DNA of 32,000 nt, taken from the NCBI RefSeq assembly GCF_000195955.2, contig NC_000962.3:2490001-2522000 (forward strand), read 5' to 3'. This DNA comes from Mycobacterium tuberculosis H37Rv. GTDB taxonomy: Bacteria > Actinomycetota > Actinomycetes > Mycobacteriales > Mycobacteriaceae. Below the pieces are notes generated by a model. The model ran no database searches and was not told the origin of the DNA. It saw only the letters and a list, made by a program, of their open reading frames with translations. The translations under genes and the position numbers were made by a program. This document shows positions 19,441 through 29,395 of the stretch, piece by piece (within the stretch, counting starts at the first letter, position 1; every line of letters starts with the position of its first letter).

Positions 19441-20256
19441 ATGAAGCGGCCAGCTACCCGGGTTGCCGACCTGTTGAACCCGGCGGCAATGTTGTTGCCG
19501 GCAGCGAATGTCATCATGCAGCTGGCAGTGCCGGGTGTCGGGTATGGCGTGCTGGAAAGCCCGGTGGACAGCGGCAACGTCTACAAGCATCCGTTCAAGC
19601 GGGCCCGGACCACCGGCACCTACCTGGCGGTGGCGACCATCGGGACGGAATCCGACCGAGCGCTGATCCGGGGTGCCGTGGACGTCGCGCACCGGCAGGT
19701 TCGGTCGACGGCCTCGAGCCCAGTGTCCTATAACGCCTTCGACCCGAAGTTGCAGCTGTGGGTGGCGGCGTGTCTGTACCGCTACTTCGTGGACCAGCAC
19801 GAGTTTCTGTACGGCCCACTCGAAGATGCCACCGCCGACGCCGTCTACCAAGACGCCAAACGGTTAGGGACCACGCTGCAGGTGCCGGAGGGGATGTGGC
19901 CGCCGGACCGGGTCGCGTTCGACGAGTACTGGAAGCGCTCGCTTGATGGGCTGCAGATCGACGCGCCGGTGCGCGAGCATCTTCGCGGGGTGGCCTCGGT
20001 AGCGTTTCTCCCGTGGCCGTTGCGCGCGGTGGCCGGGCCGTTCAACCTGTTTGCGACGACGGGATTCTTGGCACCGGAGTTCCGCGCGATGATGCAGCTG
20101 GAGTGGTCACAGGCCCAGCAGCGTCGCTTCGAGTGGTTACTTTCCGTGCTACGGTTAGCCGACCGGCTGATTCCGCATCGGGCCTGGATCTTCGTTTACC
20201 AGCTTTACTTGTGGGACATGCGGTTTCGCGCCCGACACGGCCGCCGAATCGTCTGA
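19441..20256 (+). CDS. Conserved protein, DUF2236 / MpaB-like oxygenase family, 271 aa (Rv2237-like)
   Basis: The ATG at 19441 lies within ORF 19366..20256. The product is [40 protein letters not shown]...[10 protein letters not shown]. The family assignment is from memory of the motif pattern, so confidence in function is moderate. Confidence 0.75.
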
Positions 20257-20350
20257 TAGAGCCCGGCCGAGTGTGAGCCTGACAGCCCGACACCGGCGGC
20301 GTGTGTCGCGTCGCCAGGTTCACGCTCGGCGATCTAGAGCCGCCGAAAAC

Positions 20351-20587
20351 CTACTTCTGGGTTGCCTCCCGAATCAACGTGCTGATCTGCTCGAGCAGCT
20401 CACGCATATCGGCGCGCATCGCATCCACCGCGGCATACAGGTCGGCCTTGGTCGCCGGCAGCTGGTCCGACGTCATTGGCCGCACCGGCGGTGCTGTCTG
20501 TCGCGCCGCGCTGTCGCTTTGAAACCCAGGTCGCTCACCCACGACCACGACACTGCCATATCCGGCGCCCCGCCGACAACGAAGCAC
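20351..20587 (-). CDS. Small hypothetical protein. The longest ORF is 78 aa, but the coding-like core is only the last 41 codons (ATG 20476 to stop 20351)
   Basis: ORF 20351..20587. By hand count, GC3 is about 59% in codons 1-37 and about 85% from ATG 20476 onward (MTSDQLPATKADLYAAVDAMRADMRELLEQISTLIREATQK, predicted helical). The GTG at 20587 is only 10 nt downstream of the tRNA-Val 3' end. Confidence 0.5.
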   Translation of the reverse strand: MLRCRRGAGYGSVVVVGERPGFQSDSAARQTAPPVRPMTSDQLPATKADLYAAVDAMRADMRELLEQISTLIREATQK

Positions 20588-20597
20588 AGCTAGCCGG

Positions 20598-20669
20598 TGG
20601 GCGCGGACGGGATCGAACCGCCGACCGCTGGTGTGTAAAACCAGAGCTCTACCGCTGAGCTACGCGCCC
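20598..20669 (-). tRNA. valU: tRNA-Val, anticodon TAC, 72 nt, CCA not encoded
   Basis: The minus strand reads GGGCGCGUAGCUCAGCGGUAGAGCUCUGGUUUUACACACCAGCGGUCGGCGGUUCGAUCCCGUCCGCGCCCA. It folds as a 7-bp acceptor stem, D arm GCUC/GAGC, anticodon stem CUGGU/ACCAG with loop UUUACAC, and T arm GGCGG-UUCGAUC-CCGUC. Confidence 0.93.
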
Positions 20670-20714
20670 ATGACCGCCGCAGGCTACACGCCTTGCGGCC
20701 AAGCACCCAAAACC

Positions 20715-21176
20715 TTAGGCCGTAAGCGCCGCCAGAGCGTCGGTCCACAGCCGCTGATCGCGAACTTCACCCGGCTGCTTCATCTCGGCGAACCGAATGA
20801 TCCCTGACCGATCGACCACAAAGGTGCCCCGGTTAGCGATGCCGGCCTGCTCGTTGAAGACGCCGTAGGCCTGACTGACCGCGCCGTGTGGCCAGAAGTC
20901 CGACAACAGCGGAAACGTGAATCCGCTCTGCGTCGCCCAGATCTTGTGAGTGGGTGGCGGGCCCACCGAAATCGCTAGCGCGGCGCTGTCGTCGTTCTCA
21001 AACTCGGGCAGGTGATCACGCAACTGGTCCAGCTCGCCCTGGCAGATGCCCGTGAACGCCAACGGAAAGAACACCAACAGCACGTTCTTTGCACCCCGGT
21101 AGCCGCGCAGGGTGACAAGCTGCTGATTCTGGTCGCGCAACGTGAAGTCAGGGGCGGTGGCTCCGACGTTCAGCAT
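20715..21176 (-). CDS. ahpE: 1-Cys peroxiredoxin AhpE, 153 aa
   Basis: The ATG at 21176 lies within ORF 20715..21338. The product is MLNVGATAPDFTLRDQNQQLVTLRGYRGAKNVLLVFFPLAFTGICQGE, with the peroxidatic Cys in the PxxFTxxC context. The start overlaps the upstream stop by 1 nt (TGATG). Confidence 0.93.
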   Translation of the reverse strand: MLNVGATAPDFTLRDQNQQLVTLRGYRGAKNVLLVFFPLAFTGICQGELDQLRDHLPEFENDDSAALAISVGPPPTHKIWATQSGFTFPLLSDFWPHGAVSQAYGVFNEQAGIANRGTFVVDRSGIIRFAEMKQPGEVRDQRLWTDALAALTA

Positions 21177-21652
21177 CAGCGCTTGCCAGCCCGCGATTTC
21201 GGCTGTACCAATCTGCTGGCGCTCCAGTTGCCCAGATTGACCGACGAGGTCGGCATCAGCCCAGCTGTGGGCGCCGCCTCGGCAATCTCGGCGGGCAATA
21301 CATGGCCGGGCTGGCCGGTCTTGGGCGTCACCACCCAAATCACACCGTCCTCGGCGAGCGGGCCGATCGCATCCATCAGGGTGTCCACCAAATCGCCGTC
21401 GCCATCACGCCACCACAACAGGACGACATCGATGACCTCGTCGGTGTCTTCATCGAGCAACTCTCCCCCGCACGCTTCTTCGATGGCCGCGCGGATGTCG
21501 TCGTCGGTGTCTTCGTCCCAGCCCCATTCCTGGATAAGTTGGTCTCGTTGGATGCCCAATTTGCGGGCGTAGTTCGAGGCGTGATCCGCCGCGACCACCG
21601 TGGAACCTCCTTCAGTCTCCGCGGGCCATGTGCACACCGTCGCGATGGGCAT
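21176..21652 (-). CDS. Conserved acidic protein of unknown function (DUF3052-like), 158 aa (Rv2239c-like)
   Basis: ORF 21176..21652 with an ATG start. The sequence is protein-like (LIQEWGWDEDTDDDIRAAIEEACGGELLDEDTDEVIDVVLLWWRDGDGDLVD). It is translationally coupled to ahpE. Confidence 0.8.
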   Translation of the reverse strand: MPIATVCTWPAETEGGSTVVAADHASNYARKLGIQRDQLIQEWGWDEDTDDDIRAAIEEACGGELLDEDTDEVIDVVLLWWRDGDGDLVDTLMDAIGPLAEDGVIWVVTPKTGQPGHVLPAEIAEAAPTAGLMPTSSVNLGNWSASRLVQPKSRAGKR

Positions 21653-21689
21653 TATCGTCGCACAGCCAGAACCGGTCCACCCGCCCGCC

Positions 21690-22280
21690 TCAGAAGGCGG
21701 CCACGCACATTGTCAATGCCTTTGTCTTGGTGTCGTTGAGCCGATCAACCCGCCGGTTGAATTCCGCTGTCGACGCGTGCGCACCGATGGCATTTGCCAC
21801 CGCGCGGGCCGCGTCGACATATGCGTTGAGCGCATCCCCCAGTTGCGCGGACAGCGCGGCGCTCAGACTGCCTGAGACCGTCGAGGCACTGTTGTTGAGC
21901 GCGTCGATGGCCGGACCTTCGGTCGGCCCGGTGTTGCGGCCCTGATTGAACGCGGCCACGTAGGCGTTCACCTTGTCGATGGCGTCCTTGCTGGTGGCCG
22001 CCAGCGCGTCACACGAGGTGCGAATCGCCTTGGTCGTCAGCGATTGTTGGCGCTGCGACTCCCGGATGCTCGACGTCGCCGCCGAAGCCGACACCGACGC
22101 GGACACCGACGAGCGGTAGGCCGGTGCGACGTTGGTGTCGGGCATGGCCGTACCGTCGGTGACAGTGGTACATCCGACGATCCCCATCAGCAGCAGCGCG
22201 ATGCAGCCGAGCGCCAGGGCGCCTCGCCTGGGGAGCTCCCCCCCGTGCCTGCGAGGCACGGCGCGCCATCCGATGAGCAC
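21690..22280 (-). CDS. Probable lipoprotein of unknown function (Rv2240c-like); start uncertain (GTG 22280, GTG ~22259 or ATG 22337)
   Basis: ORF 21690..22487. The hydrophobic segment [17 protein letters not shown] carries a lipobox (IVGC). A Ser/Ala-rich linker ([15 protein letters not shown]) and an Ala-rich helical domain follow. The most upstream part of the ORF overlaps the divergent aceE start and is Arg-rich. Confidence 0.65.
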
Positions 22281-22451
22281 GGCATGTGAGGTTACCTGGT
22301 CGCAGCGCGACCGCGCTGGCCGTGGTGTGTCGCGCATCCGCAGAACCGAGCGGAGTGCGGCTATCCGCCGCCGACGCCGGTGCGGCACGATAGGGGGACG
22401 ACCATCTAAACAGCACGCAAGCGGAAGCCCGCCACCTACAGGAGTAGTGCG

Positions 22452-25244
22452 TTGACCACCGATTTCGCCCGCCACGATCTGGCCCAAAACTCAAACAGCG
22501 CAAGCGAACCCGACCGAGTTCGGGTGATCCGCGAGGGTGTGGCGTCGTATTTGCCCGACATTGATCCCGAGGAGACCTCGGAGTGGCTGGAGTCCTTTGA
22601 CACGCTGCTGCAACGCTGCGGCCCGTCGCGGGCCCGCTACCTGATGTTGCGGCTGCTAGAGCGGGCCGGCGAGCAGCGGGTGGCCATCCCGGCATTGACG
22701 TCTACCGACTATGTCAACACCATCCCGACCGAGCTGGAGCCGTGGTTCCCCGGCGACGAAGACGTCGAACGTCGTTATCGAGCGTGGATCAGATGGAATG
22801 CGGCCATCATGGTGCACCGTGCGCAACGACCGGGTGTGGGCGTGGGTGGCCATATCTCGACCTACGCGTCGTCCGCGGCGCTCTATGAGGTCGGTTTCAA
22901 CCACTTCTTCCGCGGCAAGTCGCACCCGGGCGGCGGCGATCAGGTGTTCATCCAGGGCCACGCTTCCCCGGGAATCTACGCGCGCGCCTTCCTCGAAGGG
23001 CGGTTGACCGCCGAGCAACTCGACGGATTCCGCCAGGAACACAGCCATGTCGGCGGCGGGTTGCCGTCCTATCCGCACCCGCGGCTCATGCCCGACTTCT
23101 GGGAATTCCCCACCGTGTCGATGGGTTTGGGCCCGCTCAACGCCATCTACCAGGCACGGTTCAACCACTATCTGCATGACCGCGGTATCAAAGACACCTC
23201 CGATCAACACGTGTGGTGTTTTTTGGGCGACGGCGAGATGGACGAACCCGAGAGCCGTGGGCTGGCCCACGTCGGCGCGCTGGAAGGCTTGGACAACTTG
23301 ACCTTCGTGATCAACTGCAATCTGCAGCGACTCGACGGCCCGGTGCGCGGCAACGGCAAGATCATCCAGGAGCTGGAGTCGTTCTTCCGCGGTGCCGGCT
23401 GGAACGTCATCAAGGTGGTGTGGGGCCGCGAATGGGATGCCCTGCTGCACGCCGACCGCGACGGTGCGCTGGTGAATTTAATGAATACAACACCCGATGG
23501 CGATTACCAGACCTATAAGGCCAACGACGGCGGCTACGTGCGTGACCACTTCTTCGGCCGCGACCCACGCACCAAGGCGCTGGTGGAGAACATGAGCGAC
23601 CAGGATATCTGGAACCTCAAACGGGGCGGCCACGATTACCGCAAGGTTTACGCCGCCTACCGCGCCGCCGTCGACCACAAGGGACAGCCGACGGTGATCC
23701 TGGCCAAGACCATCAAAGGCTACGCGCTGGGCAAGCATTTCGAAGGACGCAATGCCACCCACCAGATGAAAAAACTGACCCTGGAAGACCTTAAGGAGTT
23801 TCGTGACACGCAGCGGATTCCGGTCAGCGACGCCCAGCTTGAAGAGAATCCGTACCTGCCGCCCTACTACCACCCCGGCCTCAACGCCCCGGAGATTCGT
23901 TACATGCTCGACCGGCGCCGGGCCCTCGGGGGCTTTGTTCCCGAGCGCAGGACCAAGTCCAAAGCGCTGACCCTGCCGGGTCGCGACATCTACGCGCCGC
24001 TGAAAAAGGGCTCTGGGCACCAGGAGGTGGCCACCACCATGGCGACGGTGCGCACGTTCAAAGAAGTGTTGCGCGACAAGCAGATCGGGCCGCGGATAGT
24101 CCCGATCATTCCCGACGAGGCCCGCACCTTCGGGATGGACTCCTGGTTCCCGTCGCTAAAGATCTATAACCGCAATGGCCAGCTGTATACCGCGGTTGAC
24201 GCCGACCTGATGCTGGCCTACAAGGAGAGCGAAGTCGGGCAGATCCTGCACGAGGGCATCAACGAAGCCGGGTCGGTGGGCTCGTTCATCGCGGCCGGCA
24301 CCTCGTATGCGACGCACAACGAACCGATGATCCCCATTTACATCTTCTACTCGATGTTCGGCTTCCAGCGCACCGGCGATAGCTTCTGGGCCGCGGCCGA
24401 CCAGATGGCTCGAGGGTTCGTGCTCGGGGCCACCGCCGGGCGCACCACCCTGACCGGTGAGGGCCTGCAACACGCCGACGGTCACTCGTTGCTGCTGGCC
24501 GCCACCAACCCGGCGGTGGTTGCCTACGACCCGGCCTTCGCCTACGAAATCGCCTACATCGTGGAAAGCGGACTGGCCAGGATGTGCGGGGAGAACCCGG
24601 AGAACATCTTCTTCTACATCACCGTCTACAACGAGCCGTACGTGCAGCCGCCGGAGCCGGAGAACTTCGATCCCGAGGGCGTGCTGCGGGGTATCTACCG
24701 CTATCACGCGGCCACCGAGCAACGCACCAACAAGGCGCAGATCCTGGCCTCCGGGGTAGCGATGCCCGCGGCGCTGCGGGCAGCACAGATGCTGGCCGCC
24801 GAGTGGGATGTCGCCGCCGACGTGTGGTCGGTGACCAGTTGGGGCGAGCTAAACCGCGACGGGGTGGCCATCGAGACCGAGAAGCTCCGCCACCCCGATC
24901 GGCCGGCGGGCGTGCCCTACGTGACGAGAGCGCTGGAGAATGCTCGGGGCCCGGTGATCGCGGTGTCGGACTGGATGCGCGCGGTCCCCGAGCAGATCCG
25001 ACCGTGGGTGCCGGGCACATACCTCACGTTGGGCACCGACGGGTTCGGCTTTTCCGACACTCGGCCCGCCGCTCGCCGCTACTTCAACACCGACGCCGAA
25101 TCCCAGGTGGTCGCGGTTTTGGAGGCGTTGGCGGGCGACGGCGAGATCGACCCATCGGTGCCGGTCGCGGCCGCCCGCCAGTACCGGATCGACGACGTGG
25201 CGGCTGCGCCCGAGCAGACCACGGATCCCGGTCCCGGGGCCTAA
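22452..25244 (+). CDS. aceE: Pyruvate dehydrogenase E1 component, homodimeric type (AceE); 930 aa from TTG 22452, 901 aa from GTG 22539
   Basis: ORF 22452..25244. There are long colinear matches to AceE-type E1: [62 protein letters not shown] (ThDP GDG motif), [14 protein letters not shown], and EGINEAGS. The start is ambiguous: GC3 of the first 29 codons is about 70%, which does not decide it. Confidence 0.95.
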
Positions 25245-25303
25245 CGCCGGCGAGCCGACCGCCTTTGGCCGAATCTTCCAGAAATCTGGCGTAGCTTTTA
25301 GGA

Positions 25304-26548
25304 GTGAACGACAATCAGTTGGCTCCAGTTGCCCGCCCGAGGTCGCCGCTCGAACTGCTGGACACTGTGCCCGATTCGCTGCTGCGGCGGTTGAAGCAGT
25401 ACTCGGGCCGGCTGGCCACCGAGGCAGTTTCGGCCATGCAAGAACGGTTGCCGTTCTTCGCCGACCTAGAAGCGTCCCAGCGCGCCAGCGTGGCGCTGGT
25501 GGTGCAGACGGCCGTGGTCAACTTCGTCGAATGGATGCACGACCCGCACAGTGACGTCGGCTATACCGCGCAGGCATTCGAGCTGGTGCCCCAGGATCTG
25601 ACGCGACGGATCGCGCTGCGCCAGACCGTGGACATGGTGCGGGTCACCATGGAGTTCTTCGAAGAAGTCGTGCCCCTGCTCGCCCGTTCCGAAGAGCAGT
25701 TGACCGCCCTCACGGTGGGCATTTTGAAATACAGCCGCGACCTGGCATTCACCGCCGCCACGGCCTACGCCGATGCGGCCGAGGCACGAGGCACCTGGGA
25801 CAGCCGGATGGAGGCCAGCGTGGTGGACGCGGTGGTACGCGGCGACACCGGTCCCGAGCTGCTGTCCCGGGCGGCCGCGCTGAATTGGGACACCACCGCG
25901 CCGGCGACCGTACTGGTGGGAACTCCGGCGCCCGGTCCAAATGGCTCCAACAGCGACGGCGACAGCGAGCGGGCCAGCCAGGATGTCCGCGACACCGCGG
26001 CTCGCCACGGCCGCGCTGCGCTGACCGACGTGCACGGCACCTGGCTGGTGGCGATCGTCTCCGGCCAGCTGTCGCCAACCGAGAAGTTCCTCAAAGACCT
26101 GCTGGCAGCATTCGCCGACGCCCCGGTGGTCATCGGCCCCACGGCGCCCATGCTGACCGCGGCGCACCGCAGCGCTAGCGAGGCGATCTCCGGGATGAAC
26201 GCCGTCGCCGGCTGGCGCGGAGCGCCGCGGCCCGTGCTGGCTAGGGAACTTTTGCCCGAACGCGCCCTGATGGGCGACGCCTCGGCGATCGTGGCCCTGC
26301 ATACCGACGTGATGCGGCCCCTAGCCGATGCCGGACCGACGCTCATCGAGACGCTAGACGCATATCTGGATTGTGGCGGCGCGATTGAAGCTTGTGCCAG
26401 AAAGTTGTTCGTTCATCCAAACACAGTGCGGTACCGGCTCAAGCGGATCACCGACTTCACCGGGCGCGATCCCACCCAGCCACGCGATGCCTATGTCCTT
26501 CGGGTGGCGGCCACCGTGGGTCAACTCAACTATCCGACGCCGCACTGA
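25304..26548 (+). CDS. mabR: PucR/CdaR-family transcriptional regulator of the FAS-II operon (MabR, Rv2242-like), 414 aa
   Basis: ORF 25304..26548 with a GTG start. It has the C-terminal PucR-type HTH (AIEACARKLFVHPNTVRYRLKRITDFTG). It lies directly upstream of, and co-oriented with, fabD-acpM-kasA-kasB. AGGAG at 25300..25304 abuts the GTG, so the exact start (GTG 25304 or in-frame TTG 25319) is uncertain. Confidence 0.86.
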   Translation: MNDNQLAPVARPRSPLELLDTVPDSLLRRLKQYSGRLATEAVSAMQERLPFFADLEASQRASVALVVQTAVVNFVEWMHDPHSDVGYTAQAFELVPQDLTRRIALRQTVDMVRVTMEFFEEVVPLLARSEEQLTALTVGILKYSRDLAFTAATAYADAAEARGTWDSRMEASVVDAVVRGDTGPELLSRAAALNWDTTAPATVLVGTPAPGPNGSNSDGDSERASQDVRDTAARHGRAALTDVHGTWLVAIVSGQLSPTEKFLKDLLAAFADAPVVIGPTAPMLTAAHRSASEAISGMNAVAGWRGAPRPVLARELLPERALMGDASAIVALHTDVMRPLADAGPTLIETLDAYLDCGGAIEACARKLFVHPNTVRYRLKRITDFTGRDPTQPRDAYVLRVAATVGQLNYPTPH

Positions 26549-26699
26549 AGCATCGACAGCAATGCCGTGTCATAGATTCCCTCGCCGGTCAGAGGGGGTC
26601 CAGCAGGGGCCCCGGAAAGATACCAGGGGCGCCGTCGGACGGAAAGTGATCCAGACAACAGGTCGCGGGACGATCTCAAAAACATAGCTTACAGGCCCG

Positions 26700-26720
26700 T
26701 TTTGTTGGTTATATACAAAA
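26700..26720. promoter_or_regulatory. Perfect inverted repeat TTTTGT-N9-ACAAAA in the AT-rich mabR-fabD spacer; candidate MabR operator / FAS-II promoter element
   Basis: TTTTGT at 26700..26705, spacer TGGTTATAT, then ACAAAA at 26715..26720. The repeat is embedded in a ~96-nt stretch (26691..26786) of about 43% GC, against ~65% for the window. It ends 66 nt upstream of the fabD GTG. Confidence 0.6.
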
Positions 26721-26786
26721 ACCTAAGACGAGGTTCATAATCTGTTACACCGCGCAAAACCGTCTTCACAGTGTTCTCTTAGACAC

Positions 26787-27695
26787 GTGATTGCGTTGCT
26801 CGCACCCGGACAGGGTTCGCAAACCGAGGGAATGTTGTCGCCGTGGCTTCAGCTGCCCGGCGCAGCGGACCAGATCGCGGCGTGGTCGAAAGCCGCTGAT
26901 CTAGATCTTGCCCGGCTGGGCACCACCGCCTCGACCGAGGAGATCACCGACACCGCGGTCGCCCAGCCATTGATCGTCGCCGCGACTCTGCTGGCCCACC
27001 AGGAACTGGCGCGCCGATGCGTGCTCGCCGGCAAGGACGTCATCGTGGCCGGCCACTCCGTCGGCGAAATCGCGGCCTACGCAATCGCCGGTGTGATAGC
27101 CGCCGACGACGCCGTCGCGCTGGCCGCCACCCGCGGCGCCGAGATGGCCAAGGCCTGCGCCACCGAGCCGACCGGCATGTCTGCGGTGCTCGGCGGCGAC
27201 GAGACCGAGGTGCTGAGTCGCCTCGAGCAGCTCGACTTGGTCCCGGCAAACCGCAACGCCGCCGGCCAGATCGTCGCTGCCGGCCGGCTGACCGCGTTGG
27301 AGAAGCTCGCCGAAGACCCGCCGGCCAAGGCGCGGGTGCGTGCACTGGGTGTCGCCGGAGCGTTCCACACCGAGTTCATGGCGCCCGCACTTGACGGCTT
27401 TGCGGCGGCCGCGGCCAACATCGCAACCGCCGACCCCACCGCCACGCTGCTGTCCAACCGCGACGGGAAGCCGGTGACATCCGCGGCCGCGGCGATGGAC
27501 ACCCTGGTCTCCCAGCTCACCCAACCGGTGCGATGGGACCTGTGCACCGCGACGCTGCGCGAACACACAGTCACGGCGATCGTGGAGTTCCCCCCCGCGG
27601 GCACGCTTAGCGGTATCGCCAAACGCGAACTTCGGGGGGTTCCGGCACGCGCCGTCAAGTCACCCGCAGACCTGGACGAGCTGGCAAACCTATAA
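26787..27695 (+). CDS. fabD: Malonyl-CoA:ACP transacylase FabD, 302 aa
   Basis: ORF 26787..27695 with a GTG start. It has LLAPGQGSQ, the GHSVGE active-site serine motif, and the AGAFHT motif. Confidence 0.95.
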   Translation: MIALLAPGQGSQTEGMLSPWLQLPGAADQIAAWSKAADLDLARLGTTASTEEITDTAVAQPLIVAATLLAHQELARRCVLAGKDVIVAGHSVGEIAAYAIAGVIAADDAVALAATRGAEMAKACATEPTGMSAVLGGDETEVLSRLEQLDLVPANRNAAGQIVAAGRLTALEKLAEDPPAKARVRALGVAGAFHTEFMAPALDGFAAAAANIATADPTATLLSNRDGKPVTSAAAAMDTLVSQLTQPVRWDLCTATLREHTVTAIVEFPPAGTLSGIAKRELRGVPARAVKSPADLDELANL

Positions 27696-27770
27696 CCGCG
27701 GACTCGGCCAGAACAACCACATACCCGTCAGTTCGATTTGTACACAACATATTACGAAGGGAAGCATGCT

Positions 27771-28118
27771 GTGCCTGTCACTCAGGAAGAAATCATTGCC
27801 GGTATCGCCGAGATCATCGAAGAGGTAACCGGTATCGAGCCGTCCGAGATCACCCCGGAGAAGTCGTTCGTCGACGACCTGGACATCGACTCGCTGTCGA
27901 TGGTCGAGATCGCCGTGCAGACCGAGGACAAGTACGGCGTCAAGATCCCCGACGAGGACCTCGCCGGTCTGCGTACCGTCGGTGACGTTGTCGCCTACAT
28001 CCAGAAGCTCGAGGAAGAAAACCCGGAGGCGGCTCAGGCGTTGCGCGCGAAGATTGAGTCGGAGAACCCCGATGCCGTTGCCAACGTTCAGGCGAGGCTT
28101 GAGGCCGAGTCCAAGTGA
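27771..28118 (+). CDS. acpM: Meromycolate-extension acyl carrier protein AcpM, 115 aa
   Basis: The GTG at 27771 lies within ORF 27738..28118 and is preceded by GAAGGGAAG. The [11 protein letters not shown] phosphopantetheine-attachment motif is present. It has the extended acidic C-terminal tail typical of AcpM. Confidence 0.94.
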
Positions 28119-29365
28119 GTCAGCCTTCCACCGCTAATGGCGGTTTCCCCAGCGTTGTGGTGACCGCCGTCACAGCGACGACGTCGATCTCGCCGGACAT
28201 CGAGAGCACGTGGAAGGGTCTGTTGGCCGGCGAGAGCGGCATCCACGCACTCGAAGACGAGTTCGTCACCAAGTGGGATCTAGCGGTCAAGATCGGCGGT
28301 CACCTCAAGGATCCGGTCGACAGCCACATGGGCCGACTCGACATGCGACGCATGTCGTACGTCCAGCGGATGGGCAAGTTGCTGGGCGGACAGCTATGGG
28401 AGTCCGCCGGCAGCCCGGAGGTCGATCCAGACCGGTTCGCCGTTGTTGTCGGCACCGGTCTAGGTGGAGCCGAGAGGATTGTCGAGAGCTACGACCTGAT
28501 GAATGCGGGCGGCCCCCGGAAGGTGTCCCCGCTGGCCGTTCAGATGATCATGCCCAACGGTGCCGCGGCGGTGATCGGTCTGCAGCTTGGGGCCCGCGCC
28601 GGGGTGATGACCCCGGTGTCGGCCTGTTCGTCGGGCTCGGAAGCGATCGCCCACGCGTGGCGTCAGATCGTGATGGGCGACGCCGACGTCGCCGTCTGCG
28701 GCGGTGTCGAAGGACCCATCGAGGCGCTGCCCATCGCGGCGTTCTCCATGATGCGGGCCATGTCGACCCGCAACGACGAGCCTGAGCGGGCCTCCCGGCC
28801 GTTCGACAAGGACCGCGACGGCTTTGTGTTCGGCGAGGCCGGTGCGCTGATGCTCATCGAGACGGAGGAGCACGCCAAAGCCCGTGGCGCCAAGCCGTTG
28901 GCCCGATTGCTGGGTGCCGGTATCACCTCGGACGCCTTTCATATGGTGGCGCCCGCGGCCGATGGTGTTCGTGCCGGTAGGGCGATGACTCGCTCGCTGG
29001 AGCTGGCCGGGTTGTCGCCGGCGGACATCGACCACGTCAACGCGCACGGCACGGCGACGCCTATCGGCGACGCCGCGGAGGCCAACGCCATCCGCGTCGC
29101 CGGTTGTGATCAGGCCGCGGTGTACGCGCCGAAGTCTGCGCTGGGCCACTCGATCGGCGCGGTCGGTGCGCTCGAGTCGGTGCTCACGGTGCTGACGCTG
29201 CGCGACGGCGTCATCCCGCCGACCCTGAACTACGAGACACCCGATCCCGAGATCGACCTTGACGTCGTCGCCGGCGAACCGCGCTATGGCGATTACCGCT
29301 ACGCAGTCAACAACTCGTTCGGGTTCGGCGGCCACAATGTGGCGCTTGCCTTCGGGCGTTACTGA
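28115..29365 (+). CDS. kasA: Beta-ketoacyl-ACP synthase KasA (FAS-II elongation KAS I/II type), 416 aa
   Basis: ORF 28115..29365. The GTG overlaps the acpM stop by 4 nt (GTGA). It has the active-site SACSSGSEA (Cys), two His motifs ([24 protein letters not shown]), and the C-terminal [17 protein letters not shown]. Confidence 0.97.
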
Positions 29366-29395
29366 AGCACGACATCGCGGGTCGCGAGGCCCGAG

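Noticed and set aside
20598-20669. tRNA-Val as a possible genomic-island integration site.
   Set aside because: There is no adjacent integrase, no duplicated tRNA 3' segment nearby, and the flanking genes are core with typical GC content.
28810-28838. 29-nt tract GGACCGCGACGGCTTTGTGTTCGGCGAGG, identical in kasA (28810..28838) and kasB (30154..30182).
   Set aside because: It encodes the conserved DRDGFVFGE motif of paralogous synthases. It is explained by paralogy and purifying selection (possibly minor gene conversion), not by a mobile or regulatory repeat.
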